This document shows positions 44,098-54,930 of a stretch of DNA of 64,000 nt, one piece after another. Positions within the stretch are counted from its first letter, which is position 1, and every line of letters begins with the position of its first letter. A program made the translations under genes and the position numbers. Origin of the DNA: Gemmatimonadales bacterium (GTDB lineage Bacteria > Gemmatimonadota > Gemmatimonadetes > Gemmatimonadales > GWC2-71-9). Below the pieces are notes generated by a model, which saw nothing but the letters and a program-made list of their open reading frames with translations, made no database searches and had not been told where the DNA came from. Location of the stretch: assembly GCA_041577295.1 (NCBI GenBank), contig JBFGJG010000005.1, forward strand, positions 62,886 to 126,885, in the 5' to 3' direction.

Positions 44098-46082
44098 GCC
44101 CCGGCCGGCTCCGCCGGCGGGGTGCCCAATACAGGACCCGCCTCGGGCGCTTTCTCCGCCGCAGGCCGTTTCTTCACCGTCTCCGGCGACATCGCGGGAC
44201 TCGGCGCGCGAACCGGAAGCTCCTCACCCCGTGCGATGAGCTCCACTTCCTCACGATCGAGGGTCTCGCGCTCGAGCAGGGCCGCCGCCATACCGTGCAG
44301 CGTCTCCATGTCTCCCTGGAGGATCGACCGCGCACGTTCATAGGCGTCTTGCAGGATTCGCGTCACCTCGGTATCGACGAGCTCGGCGGTCTTCTCCGAG
44401 ACCTCACGATGTTGCGAGATCTCGCGCCCCAGGAAGATCTGCTGTTCTCGATCACCCACCGCCACGGGGCCCACGAGATCACTCATCCCAAACTGGGTGA
44501 CCATCCGCCTCGCCATCTCGGTTGCTTGCTCGATGTCCTGCGCGGCCCCCGTAGTCACCTTCTCGGGCCCGAAGATCAGCTCCTCGGCAACCCGTCCGCC
44601 GTACGCCATGGCGAGGCGACCGAGGATGTACTCCTTCGTGTAGTTGTGGCGATCCTCTTCGGGCAGCGAGAACGTGATGCCGAGCGCGCGTCCCCGTGGA
44701 ACGATGGAGACCTTGTGCACCGGGTCCAGCCCCGGCACCCGCAAGCTCACGAGTGCATGCCCCGCCTCGTGGTAAGCCGTGAGCTTCCGTTCCTCCTCCG
44801 AGAGCACGAGACTCTTCCGCTCGATGCCGAGCATCACCTTGTCCTTCGCGTCCTCGAAGTCGTTCATCTCGACGTGCTGTTTGCTCCGTCGCGCGGCCAA
44901 GAGCGCGGCCTCGTTGACGATGTTGGCGAGGTCTGCACCGGCCAACCCAGGGGTCGCCCGCGCGATCACGTCCAACCGGACGTTGTCCGCCAGCGGGATC
45001 TTGCGGGCGTGCACCTTGAGGATCATCTCGCGGCCGCGCACATCGGGCATGTCCACGACGATCTGTCGGTCGAAACGGCCTGGACGCAACAATGCCGGGT
45101 CGAGCACGTCGGGGCGGTTGGTGGCGGCGATGAGGATAACGCCCTCGTTGGACTCGAAGCCGTCCATTTCCACGAGTAGCTGATTGAGCGTCTGTTCACG
45201 CTCGTCGTGGCCTCCACCCAGTCCGGCACCGCGGTGGCGGCCGACGGCGTCGATCTCATCGATGAAGATGATGCACGGGGCGTGCGCCTTCCCTTGCTCA
45301 AACAGGTCGCGCACCCGTGAGGCACCAACGCCAACGAACATCTCGACGAAGTCTGAGCCGGACATCGAGAAGAATGGGCGCCCCGCTTCACCGGCAACCG
45401 CTCGCGCCAACAAGGTCTTTCCTGTTCCCGGCGGGCCCACGAGGAGCACCCCCTTCGGCAGACGCCCGCCGAGCCGCTGAAACTTTTGCGGATCCTTGAG
45501 GAACTCGATGATCTCCTGGAGCTCGACTTTCGCCTCGTCCGCACCCGCAACGTCCTGGAACGTGACCTTGGGCGTGTCACCCGTCAGCAGCTTGGCACGC
45601 GACTTTCCGAATGAGAATGCGCGGTTACCACCCTGCTGGACTTGCCGGAAGAAGAAGATCCACAGCCCAATCAGGATGACCCATGGCAGGAGTTGAATGA
45701 ACACGGTGCCGAAAGAGGTCTTGGGCTCCTTGCCCGTAATCGCCACCTGCTTTTCTTCGAGCCGCTGCACGAACAGTTCTGAATCCTGAATCGGCAGCAC
45801 CACGGAGAAGCGTTCGGTCTCGCGTCCGCCAGGTGTCGGCACGGGCTGCCGAAACTCCCCGCGAACGAACTTGCCGCTGGTGATCTCTACCTTGGCAATG
45901 TTGCTGTTTTCGAGCTGCTCTTTGAACGTGGTGTAGGACACCTCTTGGAAGCCGTCCTTGTTCGCGTCGAAGACCTGATAGAACGCGATCAGAATCAGGA
46001 CGATGAGCAGCCAGAAGACGACGTTCCGGCTCAGCGTGGCCCAGCCAAACTTCCTGGGTGGTGGGGGCGATCGATCGGGCAT
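44094..46082 (-). CDS. ftsH: ATP-dependent zinc protease FtsH
   Basis: Two TMs, [20 protein letters not shown]. Confidence 0.98.
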   Translation of the reverse strand: MPDRSPPPPRKFGWATLSRNVVFWLLIVLILIAFYQVFDANKDGFQEVSYTTFKEQLENSNIAKVEITSGKFVRGEFRQPVPTPGGRETERFSVVLPIQDSELFVQRLEEKQVAITGKEPKTSFGTVFIQLLPWVILIGLWIFFFRQVQQGGNRAFSFGKSRAKLLTGDTPKVTFQDVAGADEAKVELQEIIEFLKDPQKFQRLGGRLPKGVLLVGPPGTGKTLLARAVAGEAGRPFFSMSGSDFVEMFVGVGASRVRDLFEQGKAHAPCIIFIDEIDAVGRHRGAGLGGGHDEREQTLNQLLVEMDGFESNEGVILIAATNRPDVLDPALLRPGRFDRQIVVDMPDVRGREMILKVHARKIPLADNVRLDVIARATPGLAGADLANIVNEAALLAARRSKQHVEMNDFEDAKDKVMLGIERKSLVLSEEERKLTAYHEAGHALVSLRVPGLDPVHKVSIVPRGRALGITFSLPEEDRHNYTKEYILGRLAMAYGGRVAEELIFGPEKVTTGAAQDIEQATEMARRMVTQFGMSDLVGPVAVGDREQQIFLGREISQHREVSEKTAELVDTEVTRILQDAYERARSILQGDMETLHGMAAALLERETLDREEVELIARGEELPVRAPSPAMSPETVKKRPAAEKAPEAGPVLGTPPAEPAGA

Positions 46083-46083
46083 C

Positions 46084-46635
46084 CTAGTCCCTCAAGCTCC
46101 CTACGAACGGCAGGTGGCGGTAGTCCTCTGCGTAGTCGAGCCCGTATCCCACCAAGAAATCCGGCGGGGCGTGAAAGCCGACGAACTTGGGCTCGAGATC
46201 CAGCCTATCCGCCCTCCGCTTATGCAACAGCGTGCAGATCTCGAGGCTCTGCGGATCCCGTGTGGCAAGAAGCCGCACGAGCCGGTTCAGCGTTGCCCCG
46301 GAATCGATAATATCTTCCACCAACAATACGTGCTTGCCCTCCAACACCGTCTGCGGATCGTATAACAGTCGCACATGGCCACTGGAAGTTTGCCCCTTAC
46401 CGTAAGAAGCGGCGACAATGAACTCCAGTTGGTGCGGCCTGGGGATCTTGCGCACGAGATCCGCCATGAACATGAAGCTCCCCTTCAACAAACCGAGCAG
46501 CAGCAGCTCGCCGTCCTTGTAGAACTGGCCAATCTCCCGTCCGAGGTCATCCACCCTCGCGGCGATCGTGTCCGGGTCGTAGACAACGTCGACATCTGCA
46601 ATCCCCTGCACGCGCTCAATCGTTTCGGACGGCAT
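46084..46635 (-). CDS. hpt: hypoxanthine phosphoribosyltransferase
   Basis: LLKG, VEDIIDSGAT, GYGLDY; tilS-hpt-ftsH order. Confidence 0.94.
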   Translation of the reverse strand: MPSETIERVQGIADVDVVYDPDTIAARVDDLGREIGQFYKDGELLLLGLLKGSFMFMADLVRKIPRPHQLEFIVAASYGKGQTSSGHVRLLYDPQTVLEGKHVLLVEDIIDSGATLNRLVRLLATRDPQSLEICTLLHKRRADRLDLEPKFVGFHAPPDFLVGYGLDYAEDYRHLPFVGSLRD

Positions 46636-47986
46636 GGGCCTCCACTTTCAACGCTTCCGCCCCCTCCGCGGGGAGCGCAACATTCGAACGACAAACACCA
46701 GGGATCCACAACACCGACCCGCCACGCACGAACACCGGATAGTCGCCCCGCTCCTGCGAGGGGACTCTCGCCTCCATCAATAGCCGACGGACCTTCCGCC
46801 GTCCGACACCACCCAATGGTACGAGCCGGTCACCCGGTTCCGGCCCGCGAACGACCCCTGGTCCAACGGTCATCCACGTTGCGAACGACGTGCGTGTGGT
46901 CTCGGCCGCCGTTGCAGCGTGCCACGAGATCCGCCAGCCCGCCCACTCGACCTGGCCGGAGGTCTCGCCACCCCATGCCGCCGGCGCTGTGCTCTCGCTA
47001 CGCCGATCGGCTCGTTTGAACCGGACCCGATCGAAGGCGACCTCCACTTCCCACCGTTTTCCCAGTTGCAAACGCCGTCCGCTCGGGGCGGTCGTGACGA
47101 ACTGCCGCACCCGTGCAGCCCGCCTCGGTCCAAGGACGCAGCCCGCTTCACGTGCCAATGCTCGCAAAAGGGCCTCTGATAACAATTTATCATACCGACC
47201 CAGGGAGGAGCGAGCAACCGTTACCGCCCCCCGTTCCAACCGCAAATCCAGTTCCGGCAGCTCGCGTAGCAGCAGCTCCCACGCGTCACGTTCGCGAGCG
47301 GCGTGCTCCGCTAACCCCAGGACTCGGTCATCGACGAGCGAACCGAACCGTGCACGCAGTAGCGGCATGATTTGGGTGCGGAGCCACGAACGATCGTGCC
47401 GATACGATTCGTTGGCGGGATCTTCATGCACGGTTTCGAGCTCACGGTGCTCGCCAGAGCGATTGGCGATCCATTCACGAAGTTGGGCTTTGGTAAACGG
47501 CAGGAGCGGCCGCACCAACCCGCGCGGCCCTTGCGCCGGAATCCCAGCGAGCCCGGCGGTCCCACTCCCGCGTAGTACGCGAAACAGGACGGTCTCGACC
47601 TGGTCGTCGGCGTGGTGAGCTGTGAGCAGATAGCGCGCACCGGCGTCGCGCTGCATCTGCCGGAGCGCGCGGTACCGCGCGCGGCGCGCTAGCGTTTCTG
47701 ACGCATCGGGCCCGAGGCGAAGCGTGACGTGGTGGCACGACAGCCCATAACTCGCGGCCAACTGTGCGACGCCACTCGCCACTTCGTGGCTTTCCGATGT
47801 GATCCCGTGATCGACGTGCCCGACGACCAGCTCGAGCGCGAACTCGGGCGCGAGCGTGGTCATGAGGTCCACCATCGCGACCGAGTCGGGCCCGCCGCTG
47901 ACCGCCAGAAGCGCACGGCCCCCCTGCGGAAATAACTGGTGCGCTGCGGCGTGCACCCGGAGCTGGGACAAGAGATCCTGCGTCAT
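46616..47986 (-). CDS. tilS: tRNA(Ile)-lysidine synthetase
   Basis: SGGPDS, HVDHG, AHHADDQVET, RPLL, DPAN. Confidence 0.95.
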   Translation of the reverse strand: MTQDLLSQLRVHAAAHQLFPQGGRALLAVSGGPDSVAMVDLMTTLAPEFALELVVGHVDHGITSESHEVASGVAQLAASYGLSCHHVTLRLGPDASETLARRARYRALRQMQRDAGARYLLTAHHADDQVETVLFRVLRGSGTAGLAGIPAQGPRGLVRPLLPFTKAQLREWIANRSGEHRELETVHEDPANESYRHDRSWLRTQIMPLLRARFGSLVDDRVLGLAEHAARERDAWELLLRELPELDLRLERGAVTVARSSLGRYDKLLSEALLRALAREAGCVLGPRRAARVRQFVTTAPSGRRLQLGKRWEVEVAFDRVRFKRADRRSESTAPAAWGGETSGQVEWAGWRISWHAATAAETTRTSFATWMTVGPGVVRGPEPGDRLVPLGGVGRRKVRRLLMEARVPSQERGDYPVFVRGGSVLWIPGVCRSNVALPAEGAEALKVEAHAVRND

Positions 47987-47994
47987 TCCTTATT

Positions 47995-48516
47995 CTAATC
48001 GGGGGCGTCGGTTCTCGTGGTGCGAGTGCTCGGCGGACGGTCTCCCCGAACAGCGGCCCGTCGCTTGGCGGTGGCGAGATAGGCAGGCTTGAGATCCAAC
48101 AAGTGCGCCAGTTTCCGCATGAGGTAATCCTCGTGCTTCGCTAACTGTCCGTCCGAATAGACCAACCGCCACAACACCTCTGCGAGGACCATTCGCTGAC
48201 CTTCATCGTAGTGTTCGGTGATGAGCGATGTGAACTGAAAGAGATCGACGGCTTGTTGGCGCTCCTGGTCGGCAAGCGCCATGAGCTCGCGAGCGGTGTC
48301 CGGCGGCAGGTCGAAGTGACGCATGAGCGCTTCGTGAATGTGGTCCTGTTCCGCACGGCTGAACTCCCGATCGGCGTGGGCCAGCTCGAGCATCAGGGCA
48401 CATGCCGCGATAGCGATCCGATCGACGGGCGGCTCTTCTTTCACCTCCAGGGGCTCGCTTGGAGCCGGCTCCAGCTGTACGTTCCGCGCGAAAAACGCCT
48501 TGATGGCTTCGAGCAT
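47995..48516 (-). CDS. TerB-family protein
   Basis: ALMLELAHAD..E, DLFQFT, VYSDG..HE. Confidence 0.8.
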   Translation of the reverse strand: MLEAIKAFFARNVQLEPAPSEPLEVKEEPPVDRIAIAACALMLELAHADREFSRAEQDHIHEALMRHFDLPPDTARELMALADQERQQAVDLFQFTSLITEHYDEGQRMVLAEVLWRLVYSDGQLAKHEDYLMRKLAHLLDLKPAYLATAKRRAAVRGDRPPSTRTTRTDAPD

Positions 48517-48556
48517 CACGAGACTCCCGTGACGGTGCCAGAGATGCGGACGCGGA

Positions 48557-49261
48557 TCAGCCCGCGTTCCACTGAACCAACTCCTCCAGGGACTTCCGGT
48601 AGAGATCCGGCACGGTTGCGTCGGGTGCCGGGTATCCGATGGGAAAGAGGATGTATGGCTTTTCGTTTGACGGACGATTGAGCAGACGAGACAAAAAGCC
48701 CATGGGGCTCGGCGTGTGCGTCAGTGTCGCCAGCCCCATATCGTGCAGCGCGGCGATGAACAACCCGCAGGCGATGCCGACGCTCTCGTTGACGTAGTAG
48801 TTGGTGACCTTGCGCCCTTGGTCGTCGTACCCGAAGGACTCCTTGAACACCACCACCAGATAGGGCGCGACTTCCAAGAACTCCTTGTGCCAATCGGTGC
48901 CGAGACGTGCCAGTGCGTCGAGCCATTCAGGTGGAAAGCGATGCTCGTAGTTCTCGCGCTCCTCTTCCTCCGCCGCCATGCGGATGGCCCGCTTGAGCGC
49001 TGGATCGTCCACGATGACGAATCGCCATGGCTGGCGGTGGGCGCCGGAGGGAGCCGTAGCCGCTGCTCGAATCGCATATTCGACGCACGCCCGGGGTGGT
49101 GGTTCCGATGTGAAGCTGCGAATCGAGCGACGACGGCGCATGAGCTCATAGAACGCACCAGCACGTGCGACCATTTCAGCGGGTTCCAATCGCTCCCACG
49201 TCACGGGAACGAATCCGGGCTGGGAGGAGGTCACGGTCCACTCCGAAAGGTGCTCAGACAA
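48557..49261 (-). CDS. nitroreductase, iodotyrosine deiodinase-like
   Basis: RRSIRSF, APSGAHRQPW, EEEERENY, TDWHKEFLE, YYVNESVG, THTPSPM. Confidence 0.85.
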   Translation of the reverse strand: MSEHLSEWTVTSSQPGFVPVTWERLEPAEMVARAGAFYELMRRRRSIRSFTSEPPPRACVEYAIRAAATAPSGAHRQPWRFVIVDDPALKRAIRMAAEEEERENYEHRFPPEWLDALARLGTDWHKEFLEVAPYLVVVFKESFGYDDQGRKVTNYYVNESVGIACGLFIAALHDMGLATLTHTPSPMGFLSRLLNRPSNEKPYILFPIGYPAPDATVPDLYRKSLEELVQWNAG

Positions 49262-49325
49262 AGGTAGTGCGTTTGGCGGGCGGCGGTCGTCACGCCGCGA
49301 CGTGTCGGACGGTTCTTCGGCGGAA

Positions 49326-51116
49326 CTAGAATTCCGGCCGCAGAACCCAGAGACCGGTGTTCATGTCCGCAACGTACAGCAGGCCGTCGCGGAGCTGTGG
49401 GGCCCAGGCGCACGTCGTCCGCGCGGCATCACCCGGACACGGATCGCCCTCGCCCGCGAATTGGAGCCCAACGACTTCACGCCCCTGCCGGTCGAGCTCA
49501 CCAAGCAGGTCGCCGCTCACATCGAGCGCCCGAATCCCGTTTGCGTACCACGCGAGGTAGAGCACCGCACGATCTTCATCGAGCCAGAAGTTGTGGGGCG
49601 TTGTGCCCGCCACCCGGAACGTCGCCACCTCACGGGGGTTGCGGAGATCGCGCACGTCCACCACGTGCATCACACCGGGCGTGAAGAAATCCTCCTCACC
49701 GACGAAGACGTATCCGCCGGCCGGCCAGTACCATGCGTTGTGTGTCTCCCCTCCCGCCGTGCGCACGCGGCTCACCTCGACGGGATTGGTGATCGATCCT
49801 CCAGCAATGCCGTTGCCGACGTCGAGGATGACCAGGCCGGCATCCCAATGCGAAAGGAACGCCAGGCCGTCGCGCACGTACACGTCATGCAGGAAGCTCG
49901 AACCGGCATAGAAGCGGGCCACGACCTCGGGCGTCTGCGGTATGCTAATATCGAGCACGCGCAAACCCGAGCTCGAGACGGCGTTGTCCACCACGAGGAG
50001 GGCGTAATCTCCCTCGAGCCACGCGTTGTGAATGCCCGGCTCGAGGCTGTTCGTGAACCGCGAGATAACGGTTGGATGCGCAGGATCGGTAAGATCCAAC
50101 AGGGTCACGCCGTTTTGCTGGTCGTTCGACACTTCATGCGTAATGATGGCAAGCGCACCATCGCTGCGGATCTTTACGTCGTTGAGGACCCGCGCATCCA
50201 CGAACACTGAATCGATGCGCACTGGCGCCGCGGGGTCGCTGATATCCCACACATACAGCGTATTTCCAAACCCGCCCGAGCGACTACCCCAGGTACCCGT
50301 ATAGACAACGTCCACCTGCGGGTGTACCCACAGGTCTGACGTAAAGCGGCCGTGCTGCTCGCCCTGGCCAACGATGGTGAAGCTTCCGCTGAGGTTTCTT
50401 GGCGTGACCGTGATCAGAGCGGAGTCGGCGCGATCTCCGGCTGCCACAACTACCGTCGCAACACCCGGAGCGTAGCCCACAAACTGCCCCCGTGCATTGA
50501 CAAAGCCCGCGTCGACTGGATCGACGCTCCAACGAGTACACGCTTCATTCACCACTGAGCCACGCGCATCGCGCACGGTAACGCTGAGGGCAGTGACGTC
50601 GCCCTGTCGGCTCTGACTCGGAGCTCCTTCGAAGCCCACCGAACTGACCTCGAGCGCTTCGGGATCGGTTGCATCGAATCCGATATCGACCGAGGTGACG
50701 ACGGTTCCGGAAAGGCTCGCACTCACCGACGCTTCGTAGCGCCCTCCAGCCGCACACCCTGGAAGGACCACGGACAGCGTGACGGCCCGTGCCGACCCGG
50801 GATTGAGCGTGGGAATCTCGCTGGGTGCGATGGTCAGGCGCGCCTCAGGATCGACGCCTCCGCCCGCGATGCGCACCGCACTCCCGACCAGCCCGATGGG
50901 CCCCACCGGTGTGGACCCCACATTGCGCAGCTCAACGGTGGTCTCGCGAGCGAGCCCCAGCTCGAGCGACAGCTCCGCAAAAGCCAGTGCGTCCTCCGGC
51001 TCGGGGGAAGTGGCGTCCGAGCACGACTGCAACGCGATCACCGCCACAACGATGAGCGCGACTAACGATTCACGAAGAAACGGCTTCCCGAGGACGCCGC
51101 GTATCAAGCTGTTCAC
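49326..51116 (-). CDS. lipoprotein with Ig-like and LVIVD-repeat propeller domains
   Basis: LQSC lipobox-like; repeated (V/L)xDxxDPxxP; GTG 51116 overlaps the upstream stop. Confidence 0.75.
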   Translation of the reverse strand: MNSLIRGVLGKPFLRESLVALIVVAVIALQSCSDATSPEPEDALAFAELSLELGLARETTVELRNVGSTPVGPIGLVGSAVRIAGGGVDPEARLTIAPSEIPTLNPGSARAVTLSVVLPGCAAGGRYEASVSASLSGTVVTSVDIGFDATDPEALEVSSVGFEGAPSQSRQGDVTALSVTVRDARGSVVNEACTRWSVDPVDAGFVNARGQFVGYAPGVATVVVAAGDRADSALITVTPRNLSGSFTIVGQGEQHGRFTSDLWVHPQVDVVYTGTWGSRSGGFGNTLYVWDISDPAAPVRIDSVFVDARVLNDVKIRSDGALAIITHEVSNDQQNGVTLLDLTDPAHPTVISRFTNSLEPGIHNAWLEGDYALLVVDNAVSSSGLRVLDISIPQTPEVVARFYAGSSFLHDVYVRDGLAFLSHWDAGLVILDVGNGIAGGSITNPVEVSRVRTAGGETHNAWYWPAGGYVFVGEEDFFTPGVMHVVDVRDLRNPREVATFRVAGTTPHNFWLDEDRAVLYLAWYANGIRALDVSGDLLGELDRQGREVVGLQFAGEGDPCPGDAARTTCAWAPQLRDGLLYVADMNTGLWVLRPEF

Positions 51117-52240
51117 CGCTGAGACTCCCCAATCGATGACGCAAAGTAGGCGATTCCGAGGGTGTATGCACCTGCTTCCCGACGCCACGCGACCGCGGAC
51201 TCGGCGAGGTCCACCCGAACAACGCCGCCAGGGGTGCGCACATCGCCCTCGTACGCGACAAACGCGGTGCCGCCGTCCGGAGTGACCGCGACGCCGTGCG
51301 GGTGGGCCACACCCAGCGCGATGCGCGTCGTCTCCACCATATCAGCGACGCGGACAACCGAGAGCGTTCCGTCGCCTCGTTGCGGGACAACGAGTGATCG
51401 GCCATCGGACGTGATCGCGATCTGGGCGGGCGCCGCACCCCCCGAAGCCGTCCCCACAATCTGTCCCTGGAGTGTAAATGCCCGCACCAATCCTGCAGTG
51501 TGCAGCGTCACGAACAGCGTGTTCCCGGCCGGGGCCCACACCACGTTGAGGGGCCGAAACCGCGGTTCTCCGGCCGGGCCCGGGGATGCGTCCACCGGAA
51601 AGCGACTCGTCACTTCGAGCGTGGCGACGTCGAGGATGACGATTTCGTCGCTCATGGAACAAGTGATGGCAACGCGGGTTCCACCCGGCTCGACTGCAGC
51701 GTCATGGGGACCGGGGCAGAGCCGCAGATGTGTCTCAATGGTCAGATCGTATAAGCTCACTACGGCCACGTTGCTCGGCTCGCCGCCGCCGCTCCGGAAA
51801 AAATCCGGAACGAACGCTCGGCGACCGTCCGGGGTGATTCCGATCCTCCCGGCCCCACCCATGCCGAGTCGAACTCGTCCCACCAACCGGTCGCTCGGGA
51901 CGTGGAACTTCCACAGTGTTGGCTCTCCGTGTGCGACCGTGGCGTACCAAAAATCCGCGGTGGGTGATACGGCGATCCCGTGAGGCTCGTCGAGCTCGCC
52001 TGGTCGCGGGTCGAGTGGAATACGGCTGACCACGTCGCCGGTCCTCGGATCCAATCGCACGACCTCATCCGTCACCCCAGAGGTAGCGTACACACGCGCG
52101 TCGCCCACCGGTGTCACACGACACCCCATCGCTGTCCACGCGAGCGCTGCGACACACAGCAGCGGGCCTCGAAAGCGACACGCGTGTGCAACAGCAAGGC
52201 CCGCGCCATCACGCACGGGATTTCGTGTGACCATCGGCAT
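51113..52240 (-). CDS. YncE/YVTN-like beta-propeller, probable lipoprotein
   Basis: AMGC lipobox-like; PHGIAVSP, ITPDGRRAFV, PHGVAVTPDG repeats. Confidence 0.78.
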   Translation of the reverse strand: MPMVTRNPVRDGAGLAVAHACRFRGPLLCVAALAWTAMGCRVTPVGDARVYATSGVTDEVVRLDPRTGDVVSRIPLDPRPGELDEPHGIAVSPTADFWYATVAHGEPTLWKFHVPSDRLVGRVRLGMGGAGRIGITPDGRRAFVPDFFRSGGGEPSNVAVVSLYDLTIETHLRLCPGPHDAAVEPGGTRVAITCSMSDEIVILDVATLEVTSRFPVDASPGPAGEPRFRPLNVVWAPAGNTLFVTLHTAGLVRAFTLQGQIVGTASGGAAPAQIAITSDGRSLVVPQRGDGTLSVVRVADMVETTRIALGVAHPHGVAVTPDGGTAFVAYEGDVRTPGGVVRVDLAESAVAWRREAGAYTLGIAYFASSIGESQR

Positions 52241-52397
52241 GCTGATTGGCTCGTGCTTGATTAACGTTCACTTTCGGTACGACGACGGATCGAATGGTGT
52301 GACGGCTCGTAGCAATGTCAATGCTTGACTCGCCTTCGGGCACTACCCAACTTCCGCGAACCCGGAGGCCTGAGCGACTGATGGAGAACCTGCACTG

Positions 52398-54911
52398 ATG
52401 CAGTGTGCGCAATGTGCCACCCCGGTACCGGACACGGCTCGGTATTGTCACCATTGTGGCTCACTGGTCTCGGATGCCGAGGGACAAGCGGCAGCGACCT
52501 CCGCGCTCGACGACTCTGCGGTCCGGCACATGGAGCGCCTGCTGCGAGACGACACGCAGGGCGAGTTCGAGATCCTCCACCAGATCGGTCGCGGCGGCAT
52601 GGCCGCCGTCTATCTCGCCCGCGAGGTTCACCTCGATCGGCATGTCGCCATCAAAGTGCTGCCCCCCGAACTCACGTTTGGTCATGGTGTCGAACGCTTC
52701 AAACGTGAGGCACGAACAGCGGCGGCGCTCGACCATCCCAACATCATTCCGATTTATCGCATCGCGTCCGGTGGGAAGCTCTTCTGGTATGCCATGCGCT
52801 ATCTCGAGGGCCGCTCGCTCGACGTTCACATCAAGGCCAAAAAGCGGCTCGAGCTCGACGAGACGATTCGCTTGCTACGGCACGTCGCGGGCGCGCTTGA
52901 CTACGCGCACCACCGCGAGGTCGTGCACCGTGACGTGAAGCCGGCCAACGTGATGATGGACAATCACGGGCGGGTCATCGTCACCGACTTCGGCATCGCC
53001 AAACCACTCACCGAATCGACGCTAACGGCCTCCGGGTCGCTCGTCGGCACTCCGTACTACATGTCTCCGGAACAGGGAATGGGGAAGCCGGTGAGTGGGG
53101 CCTCGGATCAGTACTCCGTGGCCGTGATGGCCTTTCACATGCTCACGGGGCGCGTGCCATTCGAGGGCGACTCCGCCATCGAAGTCTTGCACAAGCACTG
53201 CACCGTTCCCGCCCCGGCGATGGACTCGTTGCGTCCCGGCCTTCCGACCCACGTCTACTTCGCCGTCAAGAAGGCGCTCGCAAAGAAAGCGGAACAGCGG
53301 TTCGAATCGGTCATGACGTTCGTCGAGGCACTCGAGCGACCGAGTCCTGAGATGGCGGTCGCCGCCGCGACCGCCGACACGCCGACACAGGTCATCCCGC
53401 AGGCACGGCCCACGGAGCCTATGGCGCCGACCGCGGAACCCTCCCCACCCACGCCGGTGACCGAGGGACCGCCGGCAGCGCCCATGCCAACGCCCCCAAC
53501 ACAGGACCCGGTCGCGACGACACCGATCCCGCAGGCGGCGAGTTCGGGGGCCGACGCCGTCACAGTACGCACGACACCGGTGGCGCACCCCAGCCCACCC
53601 GTCCAAGCACCCGAGTCTAGGCGCAAAGGGAAGGTGATTGTGGCGACGCTGGGGGTGCTCCTCGTGGTCGCCGGCGGTTTGTTCGCCGCTCGATCGTTCT
53701 TTGGATCGGGAGGGTCGGGGTTCGACACCGACCCGGCGCAACAGGCGGAACTCACCCCCGCACCGGGGAAAGACGTCCCAGCCGATGCCTCGACGCCAGA
53801 GGCCACGACGCCGCCTTCGCCCGTACTCGCGACCGCGGACACGACGACGCGTGACACGGCGGCAGGCGAGCGCGCAAGCCCTTCCGATACGCCCGTCACC
53901 GAACCGCCGGCGGTGGCCGAACGCACCGAACCACAGCGTACCGCACCACCGCAGACGCCGTCGGCCACCCAACCGAGAGCAGCACCGGCGCCACCTCCGG
54001 TCGCGAGCATCGCCGTGCGCGCCAACGCGACGTCGATGACGGAAGGGGAGTCACAGACGCTTTCGGCGCTGGTGCGTGATGCGCGCGGACGCACCCTGTC
54101 GGACCGCGCGGTGCGGTGGGCGAGCTCGAATGCGGCGATCGTCTCGGTGACGAGCGCGGGTGCGGCGCGAGCGCGGGCTCCAGGTAGAGCGTATGTCGTC
54201 GCGGTCTCTGAAGAACGCCGCGATAGCGTGTTGCTCACGGTGAATGCGCGGTTGGTTCGCGTGGCGATCACGCAGCGGGACACGACGTTGCAAACCGGCG
54301 CGACCGTGCAGCTAGGCGCGCAGGCCCTGGGCACGCGGGGGCCGTTACCGGAGCGGGACTTTGCCTGGACCTCCAGCAATCCTGGTGTGGTCAACGTCGA
54401 CAACAACGGCCGCGCGACGGCCCGGGCACCGGGGAGCGCGAGGATCATCGCGCGCAAGGCCGAGTTGGCGGACACGCTCACAGTGACCGTCGCGGCACCA
54501 CCTCCACCGGAGAAAGCACCGGACAAGCCGGCGCCGGTGGCGCCTGCCATCCCCGCCGAAGAGCAGATCAGTGGCTTGGTGACGGTTTATGTGCAGCGGC
54601 TTAGGGCCCGCGACATGCAGACGATCGACGGCTTGTATCCGGTGGTGGATCAGGTGGATCGTCGGAAGCATCGCGAGCTCATGACATTCCTCGCCGATCG
54701 CGATCGCGCGGCCGAACCCGATGGACCACGCAACATTCAAGCGCGGGTCTCGGACGATACCGCCATGGCGCGGTTTGGCGTGACGTTCCGGTATCGAAAC
54801 AACTTTGGTGCGACGAACACGCGGGACGTCACGTTCATCGCCGAGTTTACGCGCGCGGGCGCGGAATGGCGGCTCGTCTCCTGCCGCCTCGATCCCCGGA
54901 GCGGCTTGTGA
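52398..54911 (+). CDS. membrane Ser/Thr kinase: zinc ribbon, kinase, TM, 2x Ig (Big_2-like), C-terminal domain
   Basis: CAQC/CHHC; GRGGMA, VAIK, HRDVKPAN, DFG, SPE; WASSN and WTSSN Ig repeats. Confidence 0.92.
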   Translation: MQCAQCATPVPDTARYCHHCGSLVSDAEGQAAATSALDDSAVRHMERLLRDDTQGEFEILHQIGRGGMAAVYLAREVHLDRHVAIKVLPPELTFGHGVERFKREARTAAALDHPNIIPIYRIASGGKLFWYAMRYLEGRSLDVHIKAKKRLELDETIRLLRHVAGALDYAHHREVVHRDVKPANVMMDNHGRVIVTDFGIAKPLTESTLTASGSLVGTPYYMSPEQGMGKPVSGASDQYSVAVMAFHMLTGRVPFEGDSAIEVLHKHCTVPAPAMDSLRPGLPTHVYFAVKKALAKKAEQRFESVMTFVEALERPSPEMAVAAATADTPTQVIPQARPTEPMAPTAEPSPPTPVTEGPPAAPMPTPPTQDPVATTPIPQAASSGADAVTVRTTPVAHPSPPVQAPESRRKGKVIVATLGVLLVVAGGLFAARSFFGSGGSGFDTDPAQQAELTPAPGKDVPADASTPEATTPPSPVLATADTTTRDTAAGERASPSDTPVTEPPAVAERTEPQRTAPPQTPSATQPRAAPAPPPVASIAVRANATSMTEGESQTLSALVRDARGRTLSDRAVRWASSNAAIVSVTSAGAARARAPGRAYVVAVSEERRDSVLLTVNARLVRVAITQRDTTLQTGATVQLGAQALGTRGPLPERDFAWTSSNPGVVNVDNNGRATARAPGSARIIARKAELADTLTVTVAAPPPPEKAPDKPAPVAPAIPAEEQISGLVTVYVQRLRARDMQTIDGLYPVVDQVDRRKHRELMTFLADRDRAAEPDGPRNIQARVSDDTAMARFGVTFRYRNNFGATNTRDVTFIAEFTRAGAEWRLVSCRLDPRSGL

Positions 54912-54930
54912 TGCCTGCGGGTTTGGCCAG

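Noticed and set aside
48516..48926. 136-aa ORF bridging the nitroreductase and terB
   Set aside because: Alternate frame of the nitroreductase gene with no motif support
52257..52270. FNR-like box TTGAT-N4-GTTCA in the kinase divergent region
   Set aside because: The second half-site matches too poorly to support a call
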